Assembly: GCA_035084275.1 (NCBI GenBank)
Contig: CM068750.1
Coordinates: 8,432,001 to 8,496,000, forward strand
DNA: 64,000 nucleotides
From: Hydrolagus colliei
Taxonomy: Eukaryota
Direction of reading: 5' to 3'
Below the pieces are notes generated by a model that had not been told where the DNA came from, ran no database searches, and saw only the letters and a program-made list of their open reading frames with translations. A program made the translations under genes and the position numbers. Positions 13,869 through 38,963 of this stretch are shown piece by piece (position 1 is the stretch's first letter; each line of letters starts with the position of its first letter).

Positions 13869-14744
13869 AACCTTCTTATTATTAGAACTTGGTGTGTTAA
13901 AGCTCTGCTGTTTTAAAGTTAATCTGATCTATTGCTTCAAATATTCAGTTGGCTAACTGTATTAATAGGAATGGAAACATTGGACAAGGCAGAAAAAGAA
14001 CAGCGAGGCTGTACATTATGTGTCAGCATTTGTTTGTGCATGATTTTCCCACAATGCATTCACATTCATGAATCAAATTCCTAGCAACACTGGAATACAT
14101 TATGAATATGAGACGTCCTTATCTATAGGGAGGGAATATCAGCATATGAGTCACTCACTCTGTAGCCTATTTGAAAGTTTGTATGGGTTTGCCAGAACCA
14201 TGAGTGCAAGTCCTGGTATGACTTGCACATTCAGCTGGACAAAAGAATAAACTATAGCAGCAGATGAGACCAATGAATAAGCTGCGGTAGAGGGAGAGAA
14301 TACATTGGATAAAAGTGACTCACTCGTACAATCCAGAAGGTATTCTATTCTATGGGGCTGCTTGCCTACAAATCATTACTATTTACAGGAGCAGTGTGAC
14401 AAACTTTGAAACATTTGACGTTATTGACACTGTATCCAAAGCAAGGATTCTTATTCTTTTTTGATTTGCCCAGTTATAAAAATCTTAATGTTTTCATGCA
14501 TGTCTGATCAGTCACTTAAAATGTTCAGGTAGCCATCTATAACAAGACAGATAGAAACATTGTACACTACCTTTGTACCTGTTTTAAATATCAATATCTC
14601 TATGAGGAGGGATAGCCAAGTATTTATCTCCATAAAGTTCCATTCTTTAAAAACAAAGTCAAAAATTGTTTTTTTATTTTGTTAATAGTGGTTGCAATTT
14701 TGTTTGGTTGCTATTATTCAATCCGTGAGTTCCAGCTTCCTCTT

Positions 14745-15030
14745 TACTCAAGTGTAGTTCTGAGGGGGTTTTGCATTTTTTTGAGACTGTCCTTAGGATA
14801 AAGCTGAGATCTAGACTGCCTTGTTTTTCCAGTGGATGTTAATAATTCTATGATGGGGTGGGGGGGGGGTGGGGGGTGCAGCTCCAGGTGCCCTGGCTAA
14901 TAATTATCCACATTAATTGGGCTTTCACCTCCTGGCTGCTGCTTTTTTTTACAAATCATCGCTACACTTTACAGCAGTTAATTCTGAAGTGCTTTAAGAT
15001 ATTAAGACATGACAGAGTGCGGTAAAAATG
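14745..15030 (+). mobile_element. Degenerate Deu-SINE
   Basis: CAGTGGATGTTAATAATTCTATG and GGTGCCCTGGCTAATAATTATCC motifs plus a decayed tail. Confidence 0.4.
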
Positions 15031-18000
15031 CTCGCACTTAATTAGAGAAAATTATTGAACCAAGATTCAGAGCTAAATTCTGGTTTAAAAACTTGAAAGG
15101 TGGTTGTTTATGGAAAATATAAATAGCAACAGGGATTACTCTTCTGTGGCTGGAATTTTAATACTGTATTGCATAGTGAAGCAGAAACTTTCTAATATAT
15201 AATTTGAAAATATAATTTTTCAAAACCTTCTTTTGGATTCTCTTCTAATTGCAGCACTATTCATGTAAGAGTCTGTATGCAAAAGGTGGAAGAAGCGGGG
15301 CATGAGCAAAATATGAAATTGTACCATACCTTTGTGGTGGTGACAAAAATGTTTGAAACCTTCAGCAGAGACATCTGTAACTTTGCCAGCTTTGGTTATC
15401 AGCAAAACTTCATGGGAAATCAGTCAACTATAATGGGATGTTATGTAAACTGGCGTTCACTGTTACTGATGTATCTCAGCCACAGTTTATTTTAGGCATT
15501 GTGTTTTCAACACTGGAAGTAATACTAACAATGTGGTCTTGCTAGTTTTATTCAGTAGGGAACTAATTTTATGAGAGCTGCTGTTACTTTATGAGAAGAA
15601 GTTAAAATGACAATGCATTTTTGTGGGAATATTGCACTATGCGTTTAAAATAGTGGTGAATTTCATTCCTTGCTTAATGATCCAAATAAGTCAAGATAGT
15701 TATGAATCATCTTGGAAAGCAAAGTGTTTGCTTGAACTTGTGTGACAAATATGACTGAAATTACATTAAAAAGCAATATAAAAGCCAATAAATAACTGGA
15801 TTGAAAGTTGGTTTTGATTATTTGCCATCAACTGTGGCGCAATGCTGTTGAGCTGTCAGTTGGGCAAATGAGAAGCAGCAAGAAATCTTAAAAATGATTA
15901 AAATGTGTTCACTATTGGCCAAGCACCATTTCAGATAGTTACAGAGAGTCGTGGTGGATGGTCTGTTCTGAGTTATCTTATCTCGACTGGATTGCAGTTA
16001 GGATCCTACAGTTCCTCAGTGTTCCTGGGGGAGGGGTGCTGTGGTCCAGGAATCAGGCAGTAATCCCTGGTTTAAAAAAAACGCACACACATAGGAAAGG
16101 TTTAACTATGGTACTCTCCATAGTTGAATTACATGCCTGTGTTAAGTTTGCACATAAAGAGTAGCTAGTTGGAAGAATCTATGAACAGAATGAAGTAATT
16201 GAGCCTATCATGCCAGCTCACTGTTTATTCAATGATGGCAGTTCATTCTACTTGTAATCCCATTTTCCTGCTCTTTCTCTATATTTCTTAATACCCTTAC
16301 ACATCTGTTAATAATCTGACTCCCAAGTATCTATCTGGCTTCTATTTAAATGTTTCTATCAGTTCCTTATTTATAGGTTCCTGGATAGGTACCAGAAGGC
16401 TGCTGGCCTTCAGTGGATTTAAGCACTCTGAGACGCCGTCCGGCATGGAGGGCGCTATATAAATTGATGTTGTTGGATTCATTGGAGCACATAGAAGTTT
16501 TATTATTAAAAAAAAATTAGACTTTTCTCTTTTATGTCAAGTTAACCATTGCCAACTTGGTTTTAAGTTTTAGTGAATACCCAAATAAACAGTGGATTTT
16601 CACGTAATGTTCTTGTGGCTTTTAGAATGTTTGTCTAAAACATGCATTCAATTATGTTCTTAATTGTACTATATATTGAAGGACAAGTCCAAATACTTTT
16701 TTTAAAAGTAAAAGTTCTGACTGATCAGAATTCATGCAAGGTGGGTTTCACCTGCTTCAGTTTCACACGTGTTGAGCGCTTTGGGAAGTCCTCCAGAAGT
16801 GAAAGGCGCTCTATAAATGGAATGTTGTTGTTGCTGCAGTGTAATAGCAGTTCTTACCAGATGAACTTATTAAACTTGCTGTTAAAAAAATCTCCCATGT
16901 GGTCTACTTGGAGGAATTTGACTTCAGTGCAATTCACTACAGAGAATCTGATGAATTATAAACAGCAAACCTCTATGCAGGATCAAAACTAACTACTTCC
17001 TGCAATAGTCGAGTCATTTTTACATCATGTTGAAGTCTAGAGGTCATTGCTAATTAAGCCAGTTTATTTGGAGCAGTTAGTGACTATTATCTTTATTTGC
17101 ATTCCTAATGGAGATTTCATACTCAAAAGATTTTGTGGCGTCTGCCATTTATTTTGATTGGCAGTTGCTATTTTCAGTTATTCTGAGTCATATTTCTGTT
17201 CGAAAGTATAATTTAAATGAAGATTGTCTGCAATTGTTTTCAGTAATTCTTTATTTTATAGACATAGGATTTTAGTTCTGATGCTACATACAGTTTAAAC
17301 AGCTTTTGATTTTTACATGCAGCCTTTGAAGCTGATAGAGTGGTTCATTCTCCTACATCTTGCAAGAATTCAGGCTCACCTTTTTTAGGCAGTAGCTCCA
17401 CAAGTAACACTGAAGAACTATTAAGTGAAATTACAAATGCACAATAAGCTCTAATTAAGATTCACAAACTTTACACAGAGCGTAAAATGTTTGACTTTAT
17501 TCCAGAACCACAAATATACAGTCAATTCACTTTACAGTATATACTGTGAAGCGCATTGAGATGTCGAGAGGACATGAAAAGCACTATATCAAATGCAAGG
17601 AGCATTATTAGTAGAACCTGAAGAAAAACATAATAAAAATTATTGAGGATTCCACTTTACTGAAATGTACTATCCTATTACTCTTCACTGGAGAAAAGCA
17701 GCTAAAATACAGGAACTAACAACCACAGTTTCTGAAATGTACACTGAGGCTGATAAACTCTGGGGGAAAAAAAGGTGTGCAAACCTAGGATTGGATTCCA
17801 GTTAACTGTCTGATTCATGCTCATTTAAATTCTTGTGATTCTTGAAGTTGTGATTTTTGAAGTTTATGTAACATAGCTAGAGAACATATTTTGCGTGGAA
17901 TCTGGAAATTTTGGACAATTCACAAGCTCCCAAATAATCCTTTCCATTACAATTGTTGCATATGCTTTATTTTAACTGGCATCTCTCGCCAACAAAATAT

Positions 18001-19349
18001 ACAGTCAATTCACTTTACAGTGTATTCTGTGAAGTGCTTTGAGACGTCTCAAAGATGTGACAAGTTATTGCATCAATTGTAAAGATTATTATTAATATTA
18101 TTATCACAGCAAACATCAATCGATTCAACTTCAAAATGCCTTTTCAAAAATGATTAATCTTTTTGAGAGTTCTCTCATTCTCACACCCTCAACTCACAGA
18201 TACTTATTGTGTCTTGTCATCACAGTGGTTGATCTTCCCTTGGTTGGTTATAATAATAATAAAAATAATAAACCTTGCACTTGATATATGTCTTCGAGAT
18301 GTTTCAAAGATAAGCTATCTTTATGGGAATATTTATTACAGAACTAATTGAGCCAGCCCACTGTTAATCAGGTGTAATTCCCTGCCCTGAAATGATTGAC
18401 ATAATTAGAGCAGATACTTTGAGTGCTGTTCCTTATAGGCTTTATTGCCATCATTACTGCTTCTTATGCCCAGCCTTAGCCATCTGCTGTCCAAGCTAGT
18501 AAGAGCCTAGCTACTGCATTGCCGTTGTATGTTTCAATAAATTGTGAAAGATTATTAAAAAGAAAAGATTTCCTCTTGGTAAGCAGTATTACAGAACTTG
18601 ACGAGACTTCAGTCCCAAGAAACACACAAGGAAAGAAAAATGTGAGATGTGGTATTTCTCCTGGTGTGATGCAAGTATTTTCTGGTGTTGTGCCAGAGCA
18701 TCATGGTGGCTGACAAAGCTGTTTCTATAGAAACCAGAAGCCCAGCTCTTTAGAATGCAACAGGAATGCTAATCTTCATTAGATGAGGACATCCAGCTGC
18801 ACTGGAAGGTGGAGGAGTGAAAATATTTTAAAATCCACAGAAATGGGGAGATGGTGTATGGGGCAGGGAAGTTATGAGTAAGGAAGACAAATTAGAATGT
18901 AATTTTGTGCATTTATACAAAGGTGGTGCGTGTTCATTAATGTACACATTGTTATTTTGCTGTACCAGAATTGAAAACAAAATAAGCTGGTGACCCTATT
19001 CTAAATGTGGGCAAAATTCTTTGTACAGGCCGAAGTGTAAATGTACCTGTGATAACTGCCCGATTGCTGACTTTTTGTTGATTGAAGCTTAGTTTTAATC
19101 ACAATATTCTAATATTTGAACGTGGTGCACCTTAAGATGAAACCTTAAATTAATTTAGAATTATCTGAGTTTGGGCTTGCATCCAAGGTCTCCTTAAAAT
19201 AACTGGCAGCACTAATGAATTGGTTTATATAACAGTTGAGTTTAATTTAAACTGAAACTAAATACAGTCTTAACACTCCAAAATAGTTAGAGAAACTATT
19301 ACTTCAGATCAAATTACAGAGAAAGCTCAACAGAGTATGTCTGTGAGCT

Positions 19350-20120
19350 CATCACTGGCAAATTAAGTTCAATACAGATAAATACAAGGTCCTCAATTTT
19401 GGAAATAAAAAGAGAAAATATGTTTACTGCAAAGTTGGAATCGAATTTAACAAGGGAAAGTTAAAAGAGACCCAGGAGCATTTTTTGATTTGTCACCACG
19501 TCTAAATAAACAAGGCAAACTGGATACTGGGCTACATTCATTATTAACAGGAAAAAAAATCGAACTGTCCCAATTGGCTTAATTCAACAAATTTTGATTC
19601 ATTGAGTTCAGATCTTCAGAAATCATGCTCTAGCTATACAGTGCTCCTCTGGAGCTGTATCTGAAGTACTGTACTGAATGCAGTTCAGTTTGAGTTTGAT
19701 ATACGGTGCTTGAGTCGAAGCAAAAAGGCAAGTAAAAAGACTGATTCCCAGATTTAGATGAATGGGCAAAGATAATTAATTTGGGCTCTTCAATTTTGAG
19801 AAGAGATTTCTTAGTGGGTAGCTGATAGAGAAATATAAGATGCTAAATAGGATAGAGAAAGTAAACCCATTTTATTTTTATTATTATACTATAAATGGGA
19901 TAGATAAAGTAAACCCAGAAAAATTATTTCATACCCAAGTTGGCAGAAGAGGGCACATGTTCAGGATTATGAAGGGCAATTTGAGGACATATGGCAATAA
20001 TTATTTCTTTTACCAAGTGTTCTCAACAGTTGGAATGTGTTTTAGGAAGGGTTTGTTAGAGGCCAGGTACTAGACATTTAAGAAACTATTCGATAATGTG
20101 ATGGGATAACAGGAAGGATG
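19350..20120 (+). mobile_element. CR1 LINE ORF2 3' relic
   Basis: Frame-broken motifs: WQIKFNTDKYKVL-FG, KANWILGYI, LIEKYKMLNRIEKV, RGHMFRI...RTYGNNYFF. Confidence 0.8.
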
Positions 20121-21232
20121 TAATCCAAGGGCTTTCTTCATTGTTTCCTTTCTGAAATGGCAGTTATCTCTAAGGTTCCCAGAAAATTAGGACTGCTAAA
20201 TTGATTCTACGCTTTTTGTTTACTACATTATCTGCAGCAGGCTGTTCGTATTCTTGTTACTTTCTATTCCAATTGCCCTCAACTGTTTTTGGCATACTGA
20301 TTTTTGATGAAGGTTAGAATTAACATTTTCGCTAAAAACTGGCAGCATCTTTCATTTTCAGAAAAATGGCTTTCTGTTTGTATTGTTTGTAACTATTGAG
20401 ACTTTGTATCTGGCCGTTTCAGTTCTGATTCTTAATTCATTCAGACTTTTCTTTGGGGGAGGATGGAGTTCAATTAAGAATTGTCGTAGGAGTACAAAAG
20501 GCATCCTGCTAAAAAATGTGACTATGTCAAGCTTTTGCTTCAGATCAAAATTGTTGCTATGCTGTGGGTCAACTTGAGTTGGAGAGTTTAAGACTCCATC
20601 ACTGTTTATTGCCTGCTATGTTATTGTTCTTTAAGACCTGGAAAGTATGTATTGAATGAGGACCATGTCATTTTGTATCGGTATTTTGTATCCTTGGGAC
20701 ATCCTCCTAATGTGAAAGGTGCTATTGAAGTGTAATTTTGTTGTTGTATCATCATGAATTTACCTATACCACATGATGATTTCTTTACTTTTTAAGAGAC
20801 AAATTTCTGATGTGCAGGTAGTTCTTGTAATGAAATCTGTATCTACAAGCTGTTTGCATATTCAGTTAAACATTACAAAAATGCAGTAGTGTTTGCTTTC
20901 GATTGAAATCAACCATCTGCCCTCCAGATCAGATGTGTTCTTAAAAATCACAACATTGATTAATTCATCCAATCTTGTCCTTGAATATCAGAGACAGGAT
21001 TGTTGCAGAAAGATCCAATAATTTGCATGATCAGCCTTTGACATTTCCTGATTTTAAGCATTACTGTATTTCATTGTGGCAGATCTAAAATTGATGATAC
21101 AGATTCTAAAAATGTTCATTTTCTACTTGATGGGGTGCTTGGGTGCGAAGGTCAGCCTGGCCTATTTTCATATGCACTAGCTGTTTTTTATAACTGGGTT
21201 TGCTTTGCAAATCATAGCTATAGCATTTTATA

Positions 21233-21566
21233 AATAATAATAACAATGCATTTGATATAACGCTTTTCACATCTTATCAACATCCCAAAGCGCTTCACAG
21301 AATTTACTGTAAGGTGAATTGACTATATATTTGTGGGCGAATCGTGGCAGCCAATTGCGCATAGCAGTGTCCCACAAATAGTCGTGGATTGAAATGACCA
21401 ATTTTCTTATTATGGTTTTTTGGGACGGATTATTATTAGGCGTGTGGAGTAAGGAAACTTGCCCAAGGTTTCGCCCTGACCTGCCTGGATTCAAACACAG
21501 GTGTCCCCAGCTTGGTCTCCCCAGCTTGCAAGACAAGTGCTCTAACCACTGAGCCACAGGAGCTCC
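21233..21566 (-). mobile_element. tRNA-derived Deu-domain-like SINE
   Basis: Head GGAGCTCCTGTGGCTCAGTGGTTAGAGCAC (A-box), B-box GTTTGAATCC, core ATGCGCAATTGGCTGCC, (ATT)n tail. Confidence 0.85.
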
Positions 21567-21914
21567 ACACAGCCTGTGGGCTGATGCCGTCTCTGCTGGC
21601 GTGTTTTGGCTGCCACCCCAACCCGACCTGAGCCTTCCCCACCACCCTAAATGTTTATCTTCCCTCCACCGTTGATGTCTCTCTCACCACCCCCCTCTAT
21701 CTGCTATTCTAACTCTGTCCTACTCTCCCCCACTTCCCCCCCCCCCCCCCCTTCCCGCCTACTCTCCCTCTTGGACCCCATCACCGCTTCCCTCTGCTGC
21801 AGTCTGGGCATCCTCCGGTGCAATATTTGGTGCAACATTTGTTAGCTCTCTATCTGTTGCCACAAAAATATTTCTTTATGTGTAACATTATGTTTTTTCT
21901 TTCCTTCCTTTAGT

Positions 21915-22180
21915 TTCTCCGCTCCCACCTTATGGAATGCCATCCCTCAATCCCTCCATTTCGTCTCTTCCCTTTCCTCTTTCAAGGCCGATTTGAAGAC
22001 TTTCCTCTTCGATCGTGCCTTTTGTTCCACCCCGAACTCTTTTACCTCCCCTTCGTGTTTCACCCCTTCCCAAACACTTCCCTCCCAGCTCGGGTCACAC
22101 GCCTCTTGTTTAGCGCCTTGGGACGTCCTCCCGACTTGAAAGGCGCTATATAAATGTAAATTGTTGTTGTTGTTGTTGTT
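21915..22180 (+). mobile_element. Young L2-type LINE 3' fragment
   Basis: APTLWN-like ORF2 end, pyrimidine-rich UTR, stem-loop tail and (TTG)n; near-identical to 47918-48131. Confidence 0.85.
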
Positions 22181-22862
22181 TATCCCTTTATCTCTAACCC
22201 TATTCCTCCCACCACCCACCACCCCCCACCATACACATACACTGCATGCAAAAGGGCTCTTGGGCAATCCTTCACCAGTACAGTAGTCTTACTTGATGAT
22301 GAATGTAAATGTTGCATTTCATAGGGTAACCAGGCCCCTTCTGATGGTTTCCCTTCCCTCCTCTCTGCACCAGGCATAGTATCTTATCAGTTTGTTTCAA
22401 CAATGTGGCTGCTGGCATCTCAGGCAATCTGGCGGGTTAGTACAATGTGGCCATGTATTGTACATTATAGCGTTAGCAGGGTATGGGTTTGTGACTCCAA
22501 AAAATTGGTGTCTTTCTATTCCCGTCTGCTATTTGCAAGGGAAACAAGTGGACACTAGGTACTTTTCCATAGAGAAGGAAAACCGTCATGATAATCAAAC
22601 CCAATCACTTATTCTGAGAATAAATACCTTAAAAACAAAGTTTAGAATCAAGGACTTTATCTTTCAGTATTGAAAGAAACATTCACTCTAATAAGATCTT
22701 TATTTGAATTTCCAGGCAAGTCTCCATTAAAGTGACCTTATCAAGTTGGAATGCATGGCCATGTGAACTCCATGAAAAGAAACAACCGCAACAGTCACGT
22801 GGATCTTGAGAAATGGAACCACAATTAATCAAATAAGATAGGTTAAAGTTTCAGCTGTCGTC

Positions 22863-35822
<12,960 letters not shown>

Positions 35823-37226
35823 GAAAGAAAAATGATCAAGTCACAGATTTGTTATGGGGCAGTCTGCCTGAAAGATGATTGCTTTTAGAATGAAAGGCAC
35901 AGTGTTAAAAAAATGTATTTCAACTATTGAAAAAAATGACATTCCATTTCATACCAGCACTTGGTGGTAGCAATATTCGTATAATTACTATCATTCTAAC
36001 TATTTATAATGTAAATATAGATTCACTTCTAGGAGTAGCTGTCTCTGAATCACACTGCACATAATCCAGCCTATACTGATTTAACCTTTAGCTGCAGTAT
36101 TTTTATACACAATTTGTGAAATGTAAGCCTTTCTAGAGGGGAACGGGGGAGGGAAGGGAGTCATCTTATGTCAAGTATTGTGTCTTAAAGACTTTTGTAG
36201 GGATTATGTTTGTAGATTACAGAGTATATTTTTATGACTTAAAACTGAAATTCACAATTCCATCATTTTAGATTTTTATATTATGATAGATTTGTTCGCT
36301 CATTCCTGTAAACAGGAAAACATCAGAGTGTAATGGTTTTGAGGCTTGTAAAAATGGAAGGATTTGATGGTACATCTTTCAAGAATGTTTGTGTGAAGCT
36401 GAGTGGTGAAGATCTAATAGGTTGTCTCTTATAAAATCGGTAATGTTTGATCAAAGACTGGAATAGAATTATTGAATGTAACTACTGTACAGTAAGGCAA
36501 TAATTGGCGCAACAGGCAACACAAACTGCCTTTTTAAAAATTAATGATCCTTAAATGTGAATGTTTTTATTTAATATATGTATGTACTTGAGTCTTTAAA
36601 TTGAAGTCCAGTCACACACAACTTGTTCAGTAACATTACTTTGTGTTTTCCTTTGAGAGTTGCAATGTTTTTAAACACTGGAATTTCATGATTCTATTCA
36701 TTCATGGCTGGAATAGGCTGAACAGTCCCTAATGAATGATGTATGTTTCTTAATTTTGTCTATATTGTATTTTGTATAATTGTTTCAGTATTAAAAGGCA
36801 CTGGAAATTGTGTGCTTTTGTGGCTTTACCGCTTATCTGCTTGTACTAAAGCAAGACAGGCCTGGGAATGGTTGATGTCATGCGGGCTATGGGGCAATGG
36901 GAAATATCTATTTATCGGTTAACATAACATCAAGAATAGTTGACCTGGCAGATATCATATTCAGCTTTGGATACCAATCAAGCTCAGTGAGACAGCCATT
37001 AGTTTGGATTACGCATTGTGAAATACTGTATACTAATTCTAACATGCATATCAATGGAACGGTGTTATATTTTAGGAAAGTTGGAGAAGAATCAAGATGA
37101 AATACAGATATTATGAGGGTATAATAAAGCTTACAATGTACCTGCACTCGCTCTGTATTTACAGGAACTTTTATCAAAGTCATGAACTGCACATGGAATA
37201 TTGTAAAATTGTATTTGTAGATTTTC

Positions 37227-37232
37227 AATAAA
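37227..37232 (+). terminator. Candidate PALS1 polyadenylation signal
   Basis: AATAAA about 1.4 kb after the stop, preceded by TGTA-rich sequence. Confidence 0.55.
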
Positions 37233-38824
37233 ATGAATCACTCCAGGCTGATGTCAGTTGCATCATCATTTCTAAAAACTAATTTAAGTGAGATGCATCT
37301 TCACGTTCTACAAAAGGCAGAAAGGGAAATATAGATCTCCAGTGCTTCAAAATGATAATTATTGGAAACTGGTGGAATAGAACCAATGCCTGAACTTCAG
37401 CAGTGGAATAAGTATTTTATTTCTGCTGATAAATGTGGAAAATCTATTAATTATAGAAATATTGTTTTAACAATTTTACTTTTTTAATTAAAAAAATCCT
37501 GAGCCAGGCATTGAATTTAATCCATGCAATTCAGGAATGTTAAATACAGTACCTTCATATTTAATGTGCTATTTTTCCATTTATGATCAGATGTTTACAT
37601 GTGCTGGGAATTCAATGGACTGATAATTTGGACTGGGCAAGAAACATTCAAGGGCTGTTTTGTCTTTGAACAGCTGTAATCCATTATATATGCTTAAAAC
37701 CTTATTGTATTCTCCAAATGAACTTCCAATTGCCATTTAGATGTCATTTGATAAAACCCCATGACAATGTGTTGATGTACATATTCTGTTTAATGTTGCA
37801 AAGTACTTTGATAATTTGAGACTTGAGGCCCTTTTCATCCAGACCAATCTTGTGAAGTGGCTACAGGTACAAAGTGGAATCAAAATGTTTGTCATTGGTC
37901 ACGTGTTTATCATGAATGTTATACTAAAACGTATCAAATGTTATCAATTTACTTTATTAATACTGTCTGCCATCTCTGTTCCTACTTTTAAAATGTAGTC
38001 ATCATGGAGCAGAACTGAATGCAACAAAACGTAGATTTGTTGGGAATACAGAAAGATGTGAAAACACTGCATTTGAGTGTCAGTCAACAAGTCAATGATT
38101 TCCCAGTCTCTTGAATGTATTATTTGGCTTTGTGCAAGATTTGCGCTCCAAATTGACTGCAGGCTGTTAGCAAGAGAAGAAAAATAATTTGATTTGCATG
38201 TTCACCTTTGGATTTCCACTGCCAAATGTAGTATTACTAATGAAAGCAATAAGAAGTGATCTCACACAGCAAGCACTGCCTAGCTATAGCTAGTCTTTTA
38301 AATTTGGTAGTCTTGTTATACTATGTCAACTTTCCACTTGTGGCAAAGGATTGTTACAGTAAAACCGGATAATGTTCACCCTGAACATCTTTCATCTGCT
38401 GCCAGTTCCCTCAAGCAAAACATTTTTTAAATGCAAAACAATCATCATCGTCTACCACTTTGATTTTAGAAATAATTTAATTAATGCAAACAAACACTTA
38501 GTACAGCTTCAAAACTGCACATAGGAATGTCATTATTTGGCTCTGATAAATCTTTCTTGAACAATAGTAATTGAATATTAGAAAACAATCATAATACAAT
38601 TCATTGACAACCACACAAACTACTTCAATAATTGAAATGCTTCATTCATATGTAAAATAAGATGCCTGTTAACTCTCAATCCTGCTAGCATTCAGGTCTG
38701 GACTGGTTGATTGATTTCCAATGCAAAATATTAATCTATGTACATCAAATACTAATACAGACGACAAGAACAACATTTGCTTTTTTAAAGAAAAAGCAGC
38801 TAATTGAAAAGCCACCAGGTGAAG

Positions 38825-38963
38825 TTAGTCAAATAACAGGTCTGTATCCCTTTCTTCTTCAAGCAGGTTGGCTGGTTCGTACCCATGGATTACCCTGCGA
38901 TGTTCCAGGTCTTTTTCTTGCTTCTCTTTCAAATGCTTTTTCTTCTCCTGGATTTTTTTCAAC
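38825..38963 (-). CDS. ATP6V1D: ATP6V1D exon 9 (last)
   Basis: [20 protein letters not shown]...[20 protein letters not shown]. Confidence 0.95.

Noticed and set aside
21436-21566. tRNA-like sequence with A and B boxes (also near 2990 and 29085)
   Set aside because: These are SINE heads continuing into SINE body and tail, with no complete cloverleaf
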